Source of the DNA: Batkoa obscura | Lineage: Eukaryota | Reading direction: 5' to 3' | NCBI GenBank assembly: GCA_030770535.1 | Contig: JASVEC010000106.1 | Span: forward strand, 1-56,706 | DNA: 56,706 nt | In this document: piece by piece, positions 1-15,397 of the stretch | Numbering within the stretch: the first letter of the stretch is position 1 | Layout of the letters: each line of letters starts with the position of its first letter | Position numbers and translations under genes: made by a program | The notes under the pieces: generated by a model | Database searches by the model: none | What the model was told of the DNA's origin: nothing | Seen by the model: the letters and a program-made list of their open reading frames with translations, nothing else

Positions 1-216
1 AGTCGCTTAAAAAGTGAACAAGACATCAAAGCAAGGAAAAGATTACTTACTCTCTTTTATAATCAATTAAAAAAAGATGAATCATTGCTACTATCCAGTT
101 TAACATTAGATTTGTATAAAGTTATCAATCGTCACTTTATCGATTGTATTCTTTCATCATATCATCTGTTCAGGCTTAATTTTAAGAAACATAAATATTA
201 TTTAAATCTAACATAC

Positions 217-305
217 GAGGGTTTTTTTTAGAGAATTTACTAACAATCTTTCCACTCAAGTAGCGCTTAAAATACAAAAGCAATGAAATCGAAAAAAAGA
301 TCCCC
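217..305 (+). mobile_element. MITE (~98-bp family; + defined as the GGGGATGTATTTTTGTG end on the left)
   Basis: GAGG..CCCC termini, TSD ATAC/ATAC. Confidence 0.8.
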
Positions 306-637
306 ATACTTTATTTCAACAAGCCTACTGCCGATTTCTCATTAAAAATGGGATTAATTACAGTGATTGTTAGAATGCACCTAAAGTTAATAGTTAATCA
401 GCTGTAAATATTAAACTTAAATAGAATTGCGTATTAGTTACTACATTTAATGGGATAATATATGATAGAAAAACCATAACCAGAAATAATAAATAGAAGT
501 AATAAACTTGTCAATATTTTTAATGACAACACCTTGTCACACCAACATTGACTAAACTAAACTTCTTTTTAAAAAAATCCTAATAAACAGGTGTTATTTT
601 AGTTATTGAAAAACAGGGATTGAATAAAAAAGTATAT

Positions 638-736
638 GGGGATGTATTTTTGTGTTTAAGAATTTTACTAACAATCTTTCTACTCAAATAGTGCTTAAAA
701 GACGGAAAAAGTAATCAAGCCAAAAAAAACACTCCC
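638..736 (+). mobile_element. MITE
   Basis: GGGGATGT..ACACTCCC, TSD ATAT. Confidence 0.9.
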
Positions 737-1163
737 ATATATAAAATGACCCAGAGTGCCATCTCATATATCTTCTTTACTCTGGGAAATAAATTGCTCA
801 AGGCTTAGATACCCCAAGAAGAAAGAAGAAAGACATAAACCTTTATACTTTACAACAAAAAATAATTTTATCTGACATTTTTTAAGGCTCAACCCTATAT
901 TTGTAATAGCATTTATTATATAATAAGGATTAATACAAATAAATCATTCTTTCCTTTAAAAATGCAAAATTAATCTATTAGTAATATCCTTATTCTTTAA
1001 AGATTAATATTTGTTACTTAGCATCACAAGAACAATAAATACATATATATGAATTCACTTGTAAAAGCAATGATTAATTTAGACATAACAAGCGAATAAA
1101 GAGCTAACAAAGAAGCTCAATCAAAGGGCAATGAAAAAGAAAGAAGCAGTATAACTAATATAT

Positions 1164-1260
1164 GGGAGTGTTTTTTGACTTCATTATTTTTTCCATTTTT
1201 TAAGCGCTATGTAAGCGGAAAATTTGTTAGTAAAATTCTTAAACACAAAAATACATCCCC
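1164..1260 (-). mobile_element. MITE
   Basis: GGGAGTGT..ACATCCCC, TSD ATAT. Confidence 0.9.
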
Positions 1261-2934
1261 ATATATTAATAGCAGTAATCGTAAACAATCGACTATTATA
1301 TATTGGACAAAAACAAATGTTAATATTTACATATTTTATGTGTTAGGTTAGTATGACTTTGTAACTATATCAGAGTATTGAACGCTCTTATCTTTTGTTT
1401 ACCATTTGGTTGACTAATGAAGTCGTTTATGCTCCAACATTTACACCACTGTGAACTAAATCACATTCCGAATAAAAGGGTCTAAGCTAAATAAGTAAAT
1501 AGAAAATCATAATATAAATTAAGTCTTTAATGTAATGATTTTTGATCAAAATAAATAGCCTGTGGTAATAGGGGGAGAAGATTTTAGGATATGGTTAGAT
1601 AATAAGCTTCAGTTTATGAGATACAATCGCAAAGCACCCAGTGCCAACTTCAATAAAAAGAGATGCAATAGCTATAGACATTATAATGTTGATCCAAAAT
1701 GCGGTTGCGAACCTAACCCATGTCCAGAATTAAAATAAGGTAGAGATAAGATGACAATGGTCCCTTTTGGTCATATAGCGGCGTACGGGTTTCCAGACTA
1801 TTTGAATTTAGTTAGCAAATTTCATTCAACTAGCCATATATTGTTGACAAGTCTGAATACTCTCTTTTAAAAAATGAATATCTGCACCTGACTAAATATT
1901 CAATCGGTCAAAACAAAAACAAGTTAACAGAGCTCTTAGTAGTCCAGGACAAGAGGGTACACGGTAAGTGTCTAGTAAAGCTTAAGTAAAAGGGTTTGAC
2001 CATCTTGAATTTAGTAACTCTTGGATCGATGATTATTTATAGTATATTTCATTGGGAGGTAATCGACTAGATAGTAGAAGATTTTAAAGTGATCAATCCG
2101 TTTACTAAGAAAATATCAAAGTGATCATTTATATGCGAATGCTATTTTTTCATTCTTTATACAACGCAAAATAAAAGAACAACTATTAAATATTTGGACA
2201 GAAAAGCAACCCCATTTAATTTGCTTAAATGTCACTGATATGTTAAATAGATTGAATATTTGTAATTCTATAGCAGTATATTCAAACTATTTTGCTTTTT
2301 AGAATTGATAGAAAAAATAAATTTAAATATAACTAAGCATGTGAAATTCAAACTAAGCTACAAAGTTTAAAATTTTAATTAAAATTACAAATTGTTTGTA
2401 AAGTTAGCTTAAATAAAGATTACAAAATATGGATTGAAAATCAAAACTCCCAATATACTTACTTTAAATATTCGCTCCTAAAAAAAGGAGTGAAAACCGA
2501 GGATTTCACCATTGCATATATAAAATTATACTTAATATAATAACAAGGATACTTACAAAGAATATAAAACAAAGTATAAAGTGATAACAACAATATATAG
2601 ATATTAAGAGCTGATTTAATATAAGATCGTATTCACATATCATTAAATATATCGATATTTAATAACTTTGGAAGGATAATGTATGCTAAATAAAAAAATG
2701 GCGATACAAATCTCAATAAAAGGATATTCTCAATTATGGTTAAATGGTAATAAGTACAAGTATGATTGAATATCCAGGATATCTTTTCAAAGCATTTATA
2801 ATTCATGTGTGCATAATAATAATAATATAACCCATTTGATACAATTAGTTCTATCAAAATATACCCTAAAATAATTTTGTAATTGAATACTTTTATGCCT
2901 CTAATTATTTTTTTGATTATAATTGTAGGTACAG

Positions 2935-3968
2935 TTAATATTTATTCATGCACAAATGGCCTTTCATTTCTAAAATAAATGCCATTGTATAAATATTTAT
3001 CATTTGTATTACATAAATTAATAACTTGGGAATATATACGACTTACTATGTATGAATTTTATACCTAACTCTTCTTGAATTTTATTTTCAATCCTTATAA
3101 GATTTTTGGCTATAATGTATGATTGTTTTATAAATCTAAAGCTTTGAAAATGTTATATATTACTCTTTTTCTCTTTGAATTCTTCTTGTTGTCTCTTGGG
3201 GCTCAAAACAACTAAACATTGTAGTCAAATAGAAGCATTACATCAAAATATTACCATCTTTTAGTAGCATTTGGTCTAAATTTAATCCTGGGCTTTTATA
3301 AGGGGTTTTGTTTAACTTACTGAGTTTATTATTCATGTCTTTTATTTTAATAATAAGAAGCTTTTTCAGGAGCTCTTTATCTTTGGCCGTTTGATTTAAC
3401 TTCGCTAATTGTAGTTCTAGCATATTTATTAGACATCTTTTATTAATCAAAGAATTTATCTGTTTTTTTAATCCATTAGTTTCTGCTTTTAACTTAAAAT
3501 TTAATAATATATTGCTAAATCTCTATAATAGCTTTATCATTTACCTTATTTCGTATATTATATTTATTGTCAATTTCTTTCTCAAGGATTGATCTTTTGA
3601 CTCTTCCTTCTTTTAGACGACTAGAAATACTTTCAAACACCCTAACTATAAACAATATAAATATAGTACCCTTTTACTTACTTTTATACTTTTGATGCTC
3701 TTTTTTCAATTTCATTAATATACTTTCTTCTTCTCTTATTTTATCATTGAAATAATCGTTATTCATACGAATCTATTAAAAATCAGTATGTATTTTAAAA
3801 TATACAATATACTACATATTTCAAATGTGAATGTAAGCCATTCAAATAAAATGTTTCCTTTTTGATATGCTCTATGATGTCAATGTACGAGTTCCTAACT
3901 TCATCCTTGTTACTCCATAAAGTCACTTGTTTATCTAATAAATATTTTTTATTTAAATGGATGTTCAT
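2935..3968 (-). CDS. Multi-exon gene, unknown Lys/Glu/Leu-rich probable coiled-coil protein
   Basis: Manual splicing joins MNIHLNKKYLLDKQ..., IRMNNDYFNDKIREEESILMKLKKEHQKY..., RVFESISSRLKEGRVKRSILEKEIDNK... and ORF 3238-3450 through about six short GT..AG introns. No family recognised. 3' exons are less certain. Confidence 0.55.
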
Positions 3969-6127
3969 GCTTTTAATTAAAAAAGTTTTGTTAACAAATT
4001 CATGTTTTGTTCAACATAATGTAATCACTATTTCATTTGATTGGTAATTAAATGATCTTATTATCCAACTTAATTAAATGCATTTTAATATGTTGATTTA
4101 TAAAATATTTGAACAAGGCATTTAGTATATAAAATTCAGTCTTAATTTATTGTATATTATTCAATAAATTTATATTTCAAATGCATCAATCAGTAAGCAA
4201 ATTTATGACAAATTTATAGTAGCTCAATTAGATTTAAGTTTAATTAAATTAATAAAATTAAAGACTAATTTCATTAGCATTTAATTCATTTTTAATTCAT
4301 TACACATTAAGTTTGTTTCATTGTAATAGATTTTGATAATTGTATTTAATTTAAGTTAATTTTAATAAACTTAATTTGTATTATAAATACTCAAACATCA
4401 ATTGATTCTGTTTAAAATATATTAACAGCACTTAACTACTAAACAAAAAAGATTAATGGTTTAAAGAAAATTAAAGAAACAAAAGAGTAAACATCGGAGA
4501 TTTTTAGATAAAATAATAGCTATTCATTGAGTAAATCAAATCTTATAATGACAATAACTAATCGCTGTACTATATACAAATAGTAATAAAATAAAGCAAT
4601 GTAATATTATAATATAAACATGATTAACATGCAATATTATAATCTACTATAAACCAATAATCAACAAGCGATTATTTATTTTACGTGAAAGCCTGATTAT
4701 AACATTTACTGAATATAAAGGGAGTAACTTGGGATTAATATTTCTATATTTGGTATAAGAAGCTTCCTTTTTTCTTTATGGACAACCCTTTTTTTTACAT
4801 TAAAAATATTCCATTATCTACTCATTACTTTAAGTTGATAAAAAATCAACTTAATATTGCCTTTAAAGAATACTCATTTATAAGTTAATTTCACCTATAT
4901 AATTTAATATATTCTTTATCTCTTTAAGATTATATATAACATTTTACGAATCCCTATATTAAATTCTTGGAGTTGATTTTCTTAAATTATCTTTATTCAT
5001 TATTATTCTCTTAATTAAATTCAAAGTATCCCCTATTCCCATTTATCTTTACAGTGGTTGGTTAATTGCCCCTCTAAGATGTCCCCATGTTTTTCAATAA
5101 TTCTAAAGCAGCTAATTACTAAGTAAAAGTGCTCTTTAATTGGACAATTTAATTATTGCTATTCTTTGATTGGCTTTAGTTGATCTTCAAGTTATGATTT
5201 AAGTTGCGGATGTACTTAGTATTGAAACTTCACCAAGCAATGATTTGAAATTTTGATAATAACTTAGAATCAAATTATAAAAAGTACAAATAAAATCATG
5301 TTTTTTTTTCAAATGTACCCTAATTAGGGAATTCAAGAAGGGCAACTACATCATGTTAACTCAAGTTAAGAAGAAAATATTTAGTTGATGTACAAATAAA
5401 ATAATCAAAATGATTTGTTAAAATTTCAACTTAACTTGAAAAAGAAAATACCAATAAAATGTTTTTAAGTTTAATTGTTTTACATATAGATTTTGAATTT
5501 ATAAGTGGTTAGACCCCAACACGTTTATTTTTGCCAATCTTATAGGCGTTATAGATTTTGGTAAGTATGTTCAACATTTCAAAATATTCCGTAGTTAAGG
5601 TAAAAAGGGGTTATAAATTAATGCAACAAACTTTTTCAGTTGAGATACTTTCCCACCCTTTTTAAAGTTTTTTCAACTTTTACTTTGTTTTATTACCCCG
5701 GCGGACCTATACTTTGAATTTAGTTTTTGAATTTAACTCTAGTTACTAAACTTGACCCTTTACTTATACTTCACTTAATATTGTTTACATCAAAGACATA
5801 GCTTCCTTTAGTTGACTATCAGAGGCTAGTCCTTAATTGTATATATTGTATATAACCCCAAAACTAACTTGGAAAGTTAATTTAAATTTCACCTATATCT
5901 TAATAACCCCTTAATACCTATTACTACACCTTTTATCCCTTTTGTTATTTACTTAATTAACCTAATAATTACAATAGTTAAGCCGGAAACAACTTGTAAA
6001 TTTGTTGGATCATAATCTAAAGTATAAATCAATACTAATCACTCAATTAAAGGAATACTTTATCCTTGAAGGAGATTAATTTTTGAATATATAAATTATA
6101 AAGATACTGTCTATATTTGAGCAGTTA

Positions 6128-7715
6128 ATGTACAACGACAACTCACCCCCATTCACTTCGGGGCAAGTTTCTAGTAGCACTCAAGCTACCAGCGATCAAC
6201 CTCAAACAATCAACTTTCAAATGCCTTCGACCTATTATTCTAATGTTATGCCAGCGATTTCTAAATCAACCTTGTGGTAAGTTATTTAAGCTTTTTGAAA
6301 TTTATTCAATAATTTACTTTTTGCTCAATTTTTGCAGAAAATTTTGATGTATTAATTTGTTTTTTTTTGATTTTTTTTTTGATCTTTTTCAATTATGATT
6401 AGGATGGGAGAATTAGAGCCATGGATGGATGAAGGAGTAATACGACAAATATGGGCTAGTCTCGGTTATCAGGTTACTGTCAAAGTAATCAATAATAGAT
6501 CCACTGGCCAAAATGCCGGTTACTGTTTTGTAGACTTTTCATCTCCTTCTGAAGCGAAAATTGTTTTGAATGCACTCCAAGGTGCTACTATTCCTGGTAC
6601 TAGAAAGCTGTTTAGGCTTAATTGGGCACTCGGTGGCAATCAAGTCGGAGAGAAGTAAGTTTTTATTACTGACTTCAATCAAATTATTTAACTTGTGTAT
6701 TAGAGTTGAGCCTATACCAGAATATTCTATTTTTGTTGGCGACTTGGCAGATTCTGTAGATGATGCTTCATTATTAGCCTTATTTCGGTCACGATATACT
6801 TCAGCTCGCGCAGCTAAGGTAGTTTTGGACCCAGGTACTAATAGGCCTCGTGGTTATGGTTTTGTTCGATTTGGCACTGAAGCCGATCGTGTACGTGCAC
6901 TTAATGAAATGCCAGGTGCAATATTCCAAGGTCGTCCTATTCGAGTATCGTTGGCTACACCAAGGTCCAAAGGTGGGGCGCCACAAGAACCTGCACCCCA
7001 GACACCTGAAGCACAGTTAGGAATTGGCTACGTTGATACTTCTATAACAACCGTATTTGTTGGTAATCTCGCATCAGATGCTACTGAAGAAGATTTAAGA
7101 AAGTAAGTTACTTTATTTTATAACCTAACCTATTCTAATCCTATTAGCTATTTTCAAGCATTTGGTGAAATCGACCATATTAAAATACCCCCAGGCAAGG
7201 GGTGTGGATTTGTTCAATTTGCATCCCGCCATCAAGCAGAAAGGGCATTAGCACAACTCAATGGCGTACAAATTGGATCAAATAGAGTCCGACTTTCTTG
7301 GGGTAGACTTCCACCTGATCGCCATAACCAACAACAACAACAAAGAGCACGCTTATTATTAGCACAGCAAATGGAACAAGAAGCCATTTACCAAAGTCTA
7401 GGATTCAACACTAACCCAGGCTTAAATCAATTTGGCATGATGGGAAATAGAGGATATAATTTAATTAATTTAGACAATAGAAGTGGATGGATAAATAGAC
7501 CAGATTCTATCCCACCTCAATTTAATATGGGAAGAAGTCCAATAATACCAAGCAGTCCCTATAATCCTAATATTACAACCTCCTCTATGACTCCCAATAC
7601 TAATGCTGCTGCTACTACTGCTCAAAACAGCGGCTATCATTCTGATAGTCCTTACAACACTGGTACAACTCAAAGTGGTGGGTATCACTCAGATAGCCCA
7701 TTTGGCCAACCTTAG
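6128..7715 (+). CDS. Triple-RRM RNA-binding protein, Nam8/Ngr1/Csx1 (TRNAU1AP-like) family; exons ~6128-6276, 6403-6654, 6704-7102, 7148-7715
   Basis: Spliced translation gives TLWMGEL, GYCFVDF, FRLNWA, YSIFVGDL, RGYGFVRF, TTVFVGNL, KIPPGKGCGFVQF and VRLSWG, with GTAAGT donors and TAG acceptors. Confidence 0.9.
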
Positions 7716-8397
7716 AATACTTTTTAATATATGTATGAGCTGTAAATACGTTGATTAATGAATAATTAGTTTCCTATTATATTAAGTTTTTAATCCGCTC
7801 GAGTTTGAATTTAAAAGTTACTTGAAGAAATGCTATAATAATGCAATTCATTTTATTTATTTCTTACTTGGCCTTTTTTATTTTCTGATTTTTAAAGTTT
7901 AATAATTTTACTAATAGGCTATAATAACCTTGATGGTATTTTGGCTATTTTTCAGTTCGTTTACTTTTAAATCAGTTTTAATAAATATTAATTTCTTCAC
8001 ATTTTTTATTTAGTTCTAAAATATTAATCTAAGTTAATTTTAAATTTTGAAATTAAAATTGAAGTAGTTTCAAATTAATTTATTTTTTCAAAATTTCACA
8101 TATTTGATTTTAAAAAGGAACTCAAAATTAGTTTAAAAAGTCATAAATTTTAATGTATTATAAAATAGTTTGAACCGAAATCATAATCCCAATTCTTAGT
8201 ATAAGTACTATAAAATTAAAATCCTTGTTATACTTTATTTTCACTAATAATTTCCTTAATATCTAAATAATTTTCCGCTATATTTAAATTTACACTCTTT
8301 TATCTATGTAAATTTAATAATAATTAATGAATAGCCTTTTCCGTTATAAGATATCAATAAGTTGCTGAATTTCCTTTTGGCAATAAAACAGGGATAT

Positions 8398-8573
8398 GAG
8401 GATGTTTTTTGCTTCATTACTCTCCATTTTTTAAGCGTTATTTGAGTTAATAATTTATCATTTTATCATCAGAATTAATGTTTGGGAATTTATTTTTTAA
8501 TTTGATAACACTAATTTAAAATTTTATGAGGGTGTTTTTTTCAAGAATTTTACTAACATTTTTCCACTCAAGT
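8398..8573. mobile_element. Two partial MITE halves downstream of polyubiquitin
   Basis: 8398-8446 matches the right end. ~8528-8573 matches the left end. Confidence 0.65.
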
Positions 8574-8641
8574 ACAGAAGTTTAAGTTATTTAATTGATA
8601 CTATCTAAAGTTAGCTAGGAAAATTAGTTTTTATTAAGCAA

Positions 8642-10051
<1,410 letters not shown>

Positions 10052-11134
10052 TCATTTAACTTTTCTTTTTCTTTTTATATAATTCCTTTTACAAGCATGA
10101 CCTCATTGTGTGACTTTACGCATTATACTTGGTAAGCCAATCAGATTTCAATATTTGGGCATAGTTCATATGTTCTACATCACCTCCAATTTACTATCCA
10201 TTTATAATCACTTGAAGCTGCGGTTAAACTCACATATTTGACCAATTGATAAGCTTTATCTAAACGATAAAATAAACTACTGCCATAATGATTTGCTCAA
10301 AGGCATGTAAGTTAAAAATTTAGCCAATGAAAGTGAAGTTTGGATAGTTTAATAGGGAAATCTATGGAGAAATATCTAGATTAGAAAAAAAATCGTTAAA
10401 TTTGATAATAGAAAATATCTCTTATATATAACATCCTTTATAGGAGTTAATCCTGCTAACCTTCGATATAAATTTATAGTTTGATTTATAATGAGCTCCC
10501 CTACTTTAAGTAATGCAATAATTAAGTAAAATATATAAAATGTTGGATTTTATTAAATTTAATTTAAGTCAGGTCTTATTTTAGATCATGATATAATTGT
10601 ATTAATAATATGATAAAATTCGTCATAGTATTAAAATTTTTACTTAGTATTGTCAATGTATTGTTTTTGGAAGAGAAGTTTTTAAAACAAGCTTCTACTT
10701 AACTTAAATTGTAGGAATTAATAAGTGAAATCAGAAAATAAATCTTCATGCTATTTATATAGTAAACAATAGGAAGTCGAATAGTAAGTTATTTGTTATA
10801 TTATTTGGTGTATAGTATTCTCACGAGTACATTTTCTGCCTGATTTAAACTTTTATATCAAAAACAAAATGTGTAAAATATTTTAAAAATCTAGTCATCT
10901 TATGTAACATTAACAGCTTTATAAATAACAAATATTAGCTAAATTTAAATGGTATAAGGATTTTATTTAATTAGTGTTAAATTAAAATAAAGTAATATAG
11001 TGTATGACTGCATTAAAAGAACTAAACCGGGAAATGGAAACAATTTTTCAAAGTAATTTTAAATATAGTAAAAGTGTAAAATTTCAAACATAAGTATAAA
11101 ACGTTGAAAATGTTAGCTATTTAAGATAATATAT

Positions 11135-11228
11135 GAGGATGTATTTTTATGTTTAAGAATTTTACCAACAATTTTTCCACTCAAATAGCGCTTAAAAGAT
11201 GGAAAAAGTGAAGCTAAAAAACATCCCC
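11135..11228 (+). mobile_element. MITE
   Basis: GAGG..CCCC, flanks ATAT/ATAC. Confidence 0.9.
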
Positions 11229-11429
11229 ATACACTAATTGATTAAAACTCTCAAAAAGCTTATAATAAGTTATAATTCTTTGAAATAAAATAAGATTTAA
11301 TACTAATATTAATTTAAAAATCATTAAATACTAGAACCAAAAGGTGCTGCCATGTATATTTTATAATAAAATAATTGAAATTAAACAAGTTATTTAGTTA
11401 AAGCCACTAACGATATTTTTGTAAAAAGA

Positions 11430-14306
11430 TCAAAAAGGCTTATCATCGTACAATTTAGCATATCTACCAAGAGCCCAAATAGTAAAGGTAAGTTTATAAT
11501 TGGGGTATGAAATCATACAGTTTTTGTTAAATACACCTTCAATCAATTCTTGTTCCCATTCACCAGATGGAAGCTGACGGTCCATGATTAACTAATAATT
11601 TGTTTAAAGATAACTTGTAATAATACCAATTAACTTACCTTAATACCTTTACGAATTATTTCTTCATCAGGATATTTAGCTGCCATTAAAGAGAGTATAG
11701 CCCACGATGTATTAACCACTTGTGATTTCTCCGCTTGAGTATATTTTTTATTCTCACATGACTAAAATAACAATTAATCTATATTGCTGATAATGAAGTA
11801 AATAAGTACTTTATAAGTTTCACCCCAACCACCATCATTCATTTGTTTAGAAACCAAGTAATCACATGCATTTTTGACTGATTTACTAATATTATGTTAT
11901 ATTGTATTAAAAACAATATTATTGAACATTGATATTATTACCTATTATTATAAAATTCACCAAAGGTAGAAAGAGATTCAATAGCAAAAAAGGTAGCATA
12001 AGTAAAACAAACCCCCCAAGAACCATACCAAGAACCGTCTTTCCATTGAATTGATTTTATATAGTCTACTGCTTTCTTTTGAGCAACTCTAAATTGATAT
12101 TGTAAATTGGATCAACCAAAATATTTAATTCACTTACTTAATTTCATTACTGCGATGATCTGGATAAAATTTTTGGAAGGCTGTCAATCCCAATAATACC
12201 GCAGTAGTGCATTCGGGATAAGAATACTCAATCATTATATCGCCTATAATAACAAAACGCGTAAGTAATATTCAATTGTCAAAAAAGAATTGCAAAAACA
12301 TACTGAATACTTCAGCTACATTTAAAAGTTCAAAATAGGCACCTCCACGGACTAGTTCATAAGAAGCACAACCACCATTGGGGTTTTGGATAGACAACAA
12401 TACATTGACTGCATCAAAAAGTCTTTCGTCGCTTATTAATTTTTCATGAATGCTATATTATTTTTAAAACTTAGTTGTTAAAATTGAATTGAATTAAAAA
12501 TTACTTCAAATTTTGTAAATATAATACTGCTTTCAGTCCTTCTGCAGTACAATCTGAAACAGTATAAGATTGGTCACGGGTACTAAATGGCCAAGCACCT
12601 TTGGATATATGACGATAATCTTTACCGTAATGTATACTATTAGATTTTATCTAAACAACATAAAAATAAAAATAAAAATAAAAATTAATTAAAATGAAGC
12701 TACTTGGCATTGATCTATAAATTCATATGCTTTTATAAGACTATCTTTAAATTCTTCCTTTTCTTGTAACTTTGCTTCAACCATAGCCTGCACTATAAAA
12801 GCTGTATCCCATAGTTGTACTCCATTAGTCCCATTCATCATCATACCATCTCTCCCTAAATGTAAAAAATCCCCTATTCTTTCAACATGTTTCAAGAAGC
12901 GCTCATTGTCTACTCCATATTTATGATAAATGCATAACATATTTAAAACTTGGTTGACCTAAAAATTTAATTTAATATACCACTACTATATGACGAATGC
13001 TATATTATATTATAACAATAAAGTATTACCGGTCCAACATCCAAATACTTAGTATTCTCATCTTCCATTTCAATTTGATTCAAAGCTTCTTTTATCCCCA
13101 ATTCCCTTAATTGTCCAATATAATTTGAAGCTTGTTCATACCAAGTCAAACAATCTAATAATGTTATAAATATATAAAAAACTCCATTAAACTTATAATT
13201 GATTACAATTGATCGCCTTCATCACAGTCGAGTGAGGTTGATATAAATCTAAAGAATGTATATTATTTCTATGTATGGACCAATCGATATTATCATATTG
13301 TATATTATAGATTTCCTATTTTATTAGATTATTCAAACGATTTAAGTTATTATCAAGTTACTCTTCTTAATTCCTCAATGAATGAGTTCTCTTCACATTG
13401 GAACTTTACTCCGTACAGATAAGACATAGGAGTATACACATTTCTACTATGGACCCACATTTTTCCTGGATGAAAAGGAGACCAATCTGGTAAGATCCTA
13501 AACATCATATTAATTGGCTATTTTTTAAAAACATATAATATAAAATATCATCGTATTATTATAATTCAAAGGTGAAAATTACCATAATTCCGGGGGGATA
13601 GGATTCATGCCCTGGTAATCATAAAGATTCATACAAGCTAGTAGTAATTTACCCCAAGAAGGAACAGAAACAGCCCCACCTTTAATTATCATTATAAATA
13701 AAATAATTTATAAATTTAATATTACCATTTTCAATAATGAATTTTCTGGCATTCTTTAATTTAACATGTTCTTTATCTAGCCCAAAGATCCTTAAAGACA
13801 CATAATTCATTACAGTTCCATACATCGTTGAATGGTGTTCAATATGCAATCCCCAACCGCCATCTTTATTTTGAAAATTTAGCAAATATCGGATAAGTTC
13901 TTTTCTATATTCCAGTCCTAATTCAAATTGAGTAATGTAATATGTCACCGCCAATCCTGGAATTAAAAACAATGGACCTCCATATTCACAGGCAAAATGA
14001 CCATCCTCTGTTTGTAAATCTTTTAAAAAATTATAACCAAAATAAGCAGCTTCAGATGCTTTATCCGCTTTAGGGTTACTTGCTTTTTCCTATTAAAAAT
14101 CCAATTATCATCATTACAATTGTCGTTATAGTTTTATTTACATATTCCAAGCCTATTGAATATTTATCGAATTTGGTCTGCGGCCAATTTTGTCTTTCTT
14201 CTTTGGTATTTAGATAATGCCAAGTTTGTCTTCCATCATCTACTTTCATACGCCAACCGTTTAAGTCAGTTGCTGGTATTTCATCTAGTCCAATAGATAA
14301 AGTCAT
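11430..14306 (-). CDS. ERG7: Lanosterol synthase (2,3-oxidosqualene cyclase), many short introns
   Basis: [62 protein letters not shown] and C-terminal [16 protein letters not shown]. The Thr/Gln/Val product-determining residues match lanosterol rather than cycloartenol synthase. Confidence 0.95.
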
Positions 14307-14485
14307 CTTAAATATTTATTTTATTAGAAAAAGTAGCAAAGAATATCTATTTTATAGCATTTAATCCAAAATCGTATGATGTGCTTTTTTTAATCTATTT
14401 AATCTTACTTATTTTATTGGATAATCTTGTCCCCTATTTAAATTTTAAGTATATTTTGCCCTATCGTACCATCATATCATAATAT

Positions 14486-14579
14486 GGAAATGTTTTTTTT
14501 GATTTCATACTTTTTCCATTTTTAAGTGCTATTTGAGCCGAAAAATTAGTAAAATTCTTAAACACAAAAATACACTCCC
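14486..14579 (-). mobile_element. MITE, ~180 bp upstream of the ERG7 ATG
   Basis: Family match, TSD ATAT. Confidence 0.9.
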
Positions 14580-15173
14580 ATATTATAGTTCTATAAATTT
14601 AGCATCGTCCTCGGATAAACTAATTCCCAAAAGATACTTTTACAAAAATAACATTTAACCTATTTTATTATTAATAGTTATATTTATTTCTACATAATAC
14701 ACATGTACATAAGTGAAAATGATAAAAATATACATGTTTTTTGCTCCTAAAGCTGACTAAGGCTTTTCTAAATTACAAGCTTAAGTAACGAACAAAGTAG
14801 TGAAAGGAAAGAATATTACGTATAAAAGTAACATCAAACTAAAGGTATTTAGCAAGTGATTGATCAAGTATATTTTGTATAATTTATTTATAGCTTATTG
14901 CACTTATACGCTTTTAATAGAATAAATGCTTTATTAAAGATGAAGTTATCCTTTTTTTCTGTAATCACTAATTTTAAAATTTTATATTAGATAAAAATGA
15001 ACAATACGGCAAATAGAGAACATTCTTATGATTCTTGAATTTCTTAAATATCAAAATATGTATTAATAATTAGTATAAATATGATTTTATCAAAGGCTTA
15101 GATTAAATTAATATCTCTATATCATTTATAATATTTCTAAAGAATGAAAAGAAGTAATAAAATATAAATAACT

Positions 15174-15269
15174 GGGAATGTTTTTTGTTTAAGAATTTTG
15201 CTGATAAAATCTCCGCTCAAATAACGCTCAAAAAATGGATAAAGTAATGAAACCAAAAAAAATATTCTC
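15174..15269 (+). mobile_element. MITE
   Basis: Family match, diverged. Confidence 0.8.
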
Positions 15270-15304
15270 AAATCATGTTTACTTAAAATTAATTTATTTA
15301 AGAT

Positions 15305-15397
15305 GGGGTGTATTTTTTGTCTAAGAATCTCACTAATAGACTTTTCCACTCAAATAGCACAAAAAATGGAAAAAGTGATGAAACCAGAAAACACCCC
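15305..15397 (+). mobile_element. MITE
   Basis: Family match. Confidence 0.85.
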
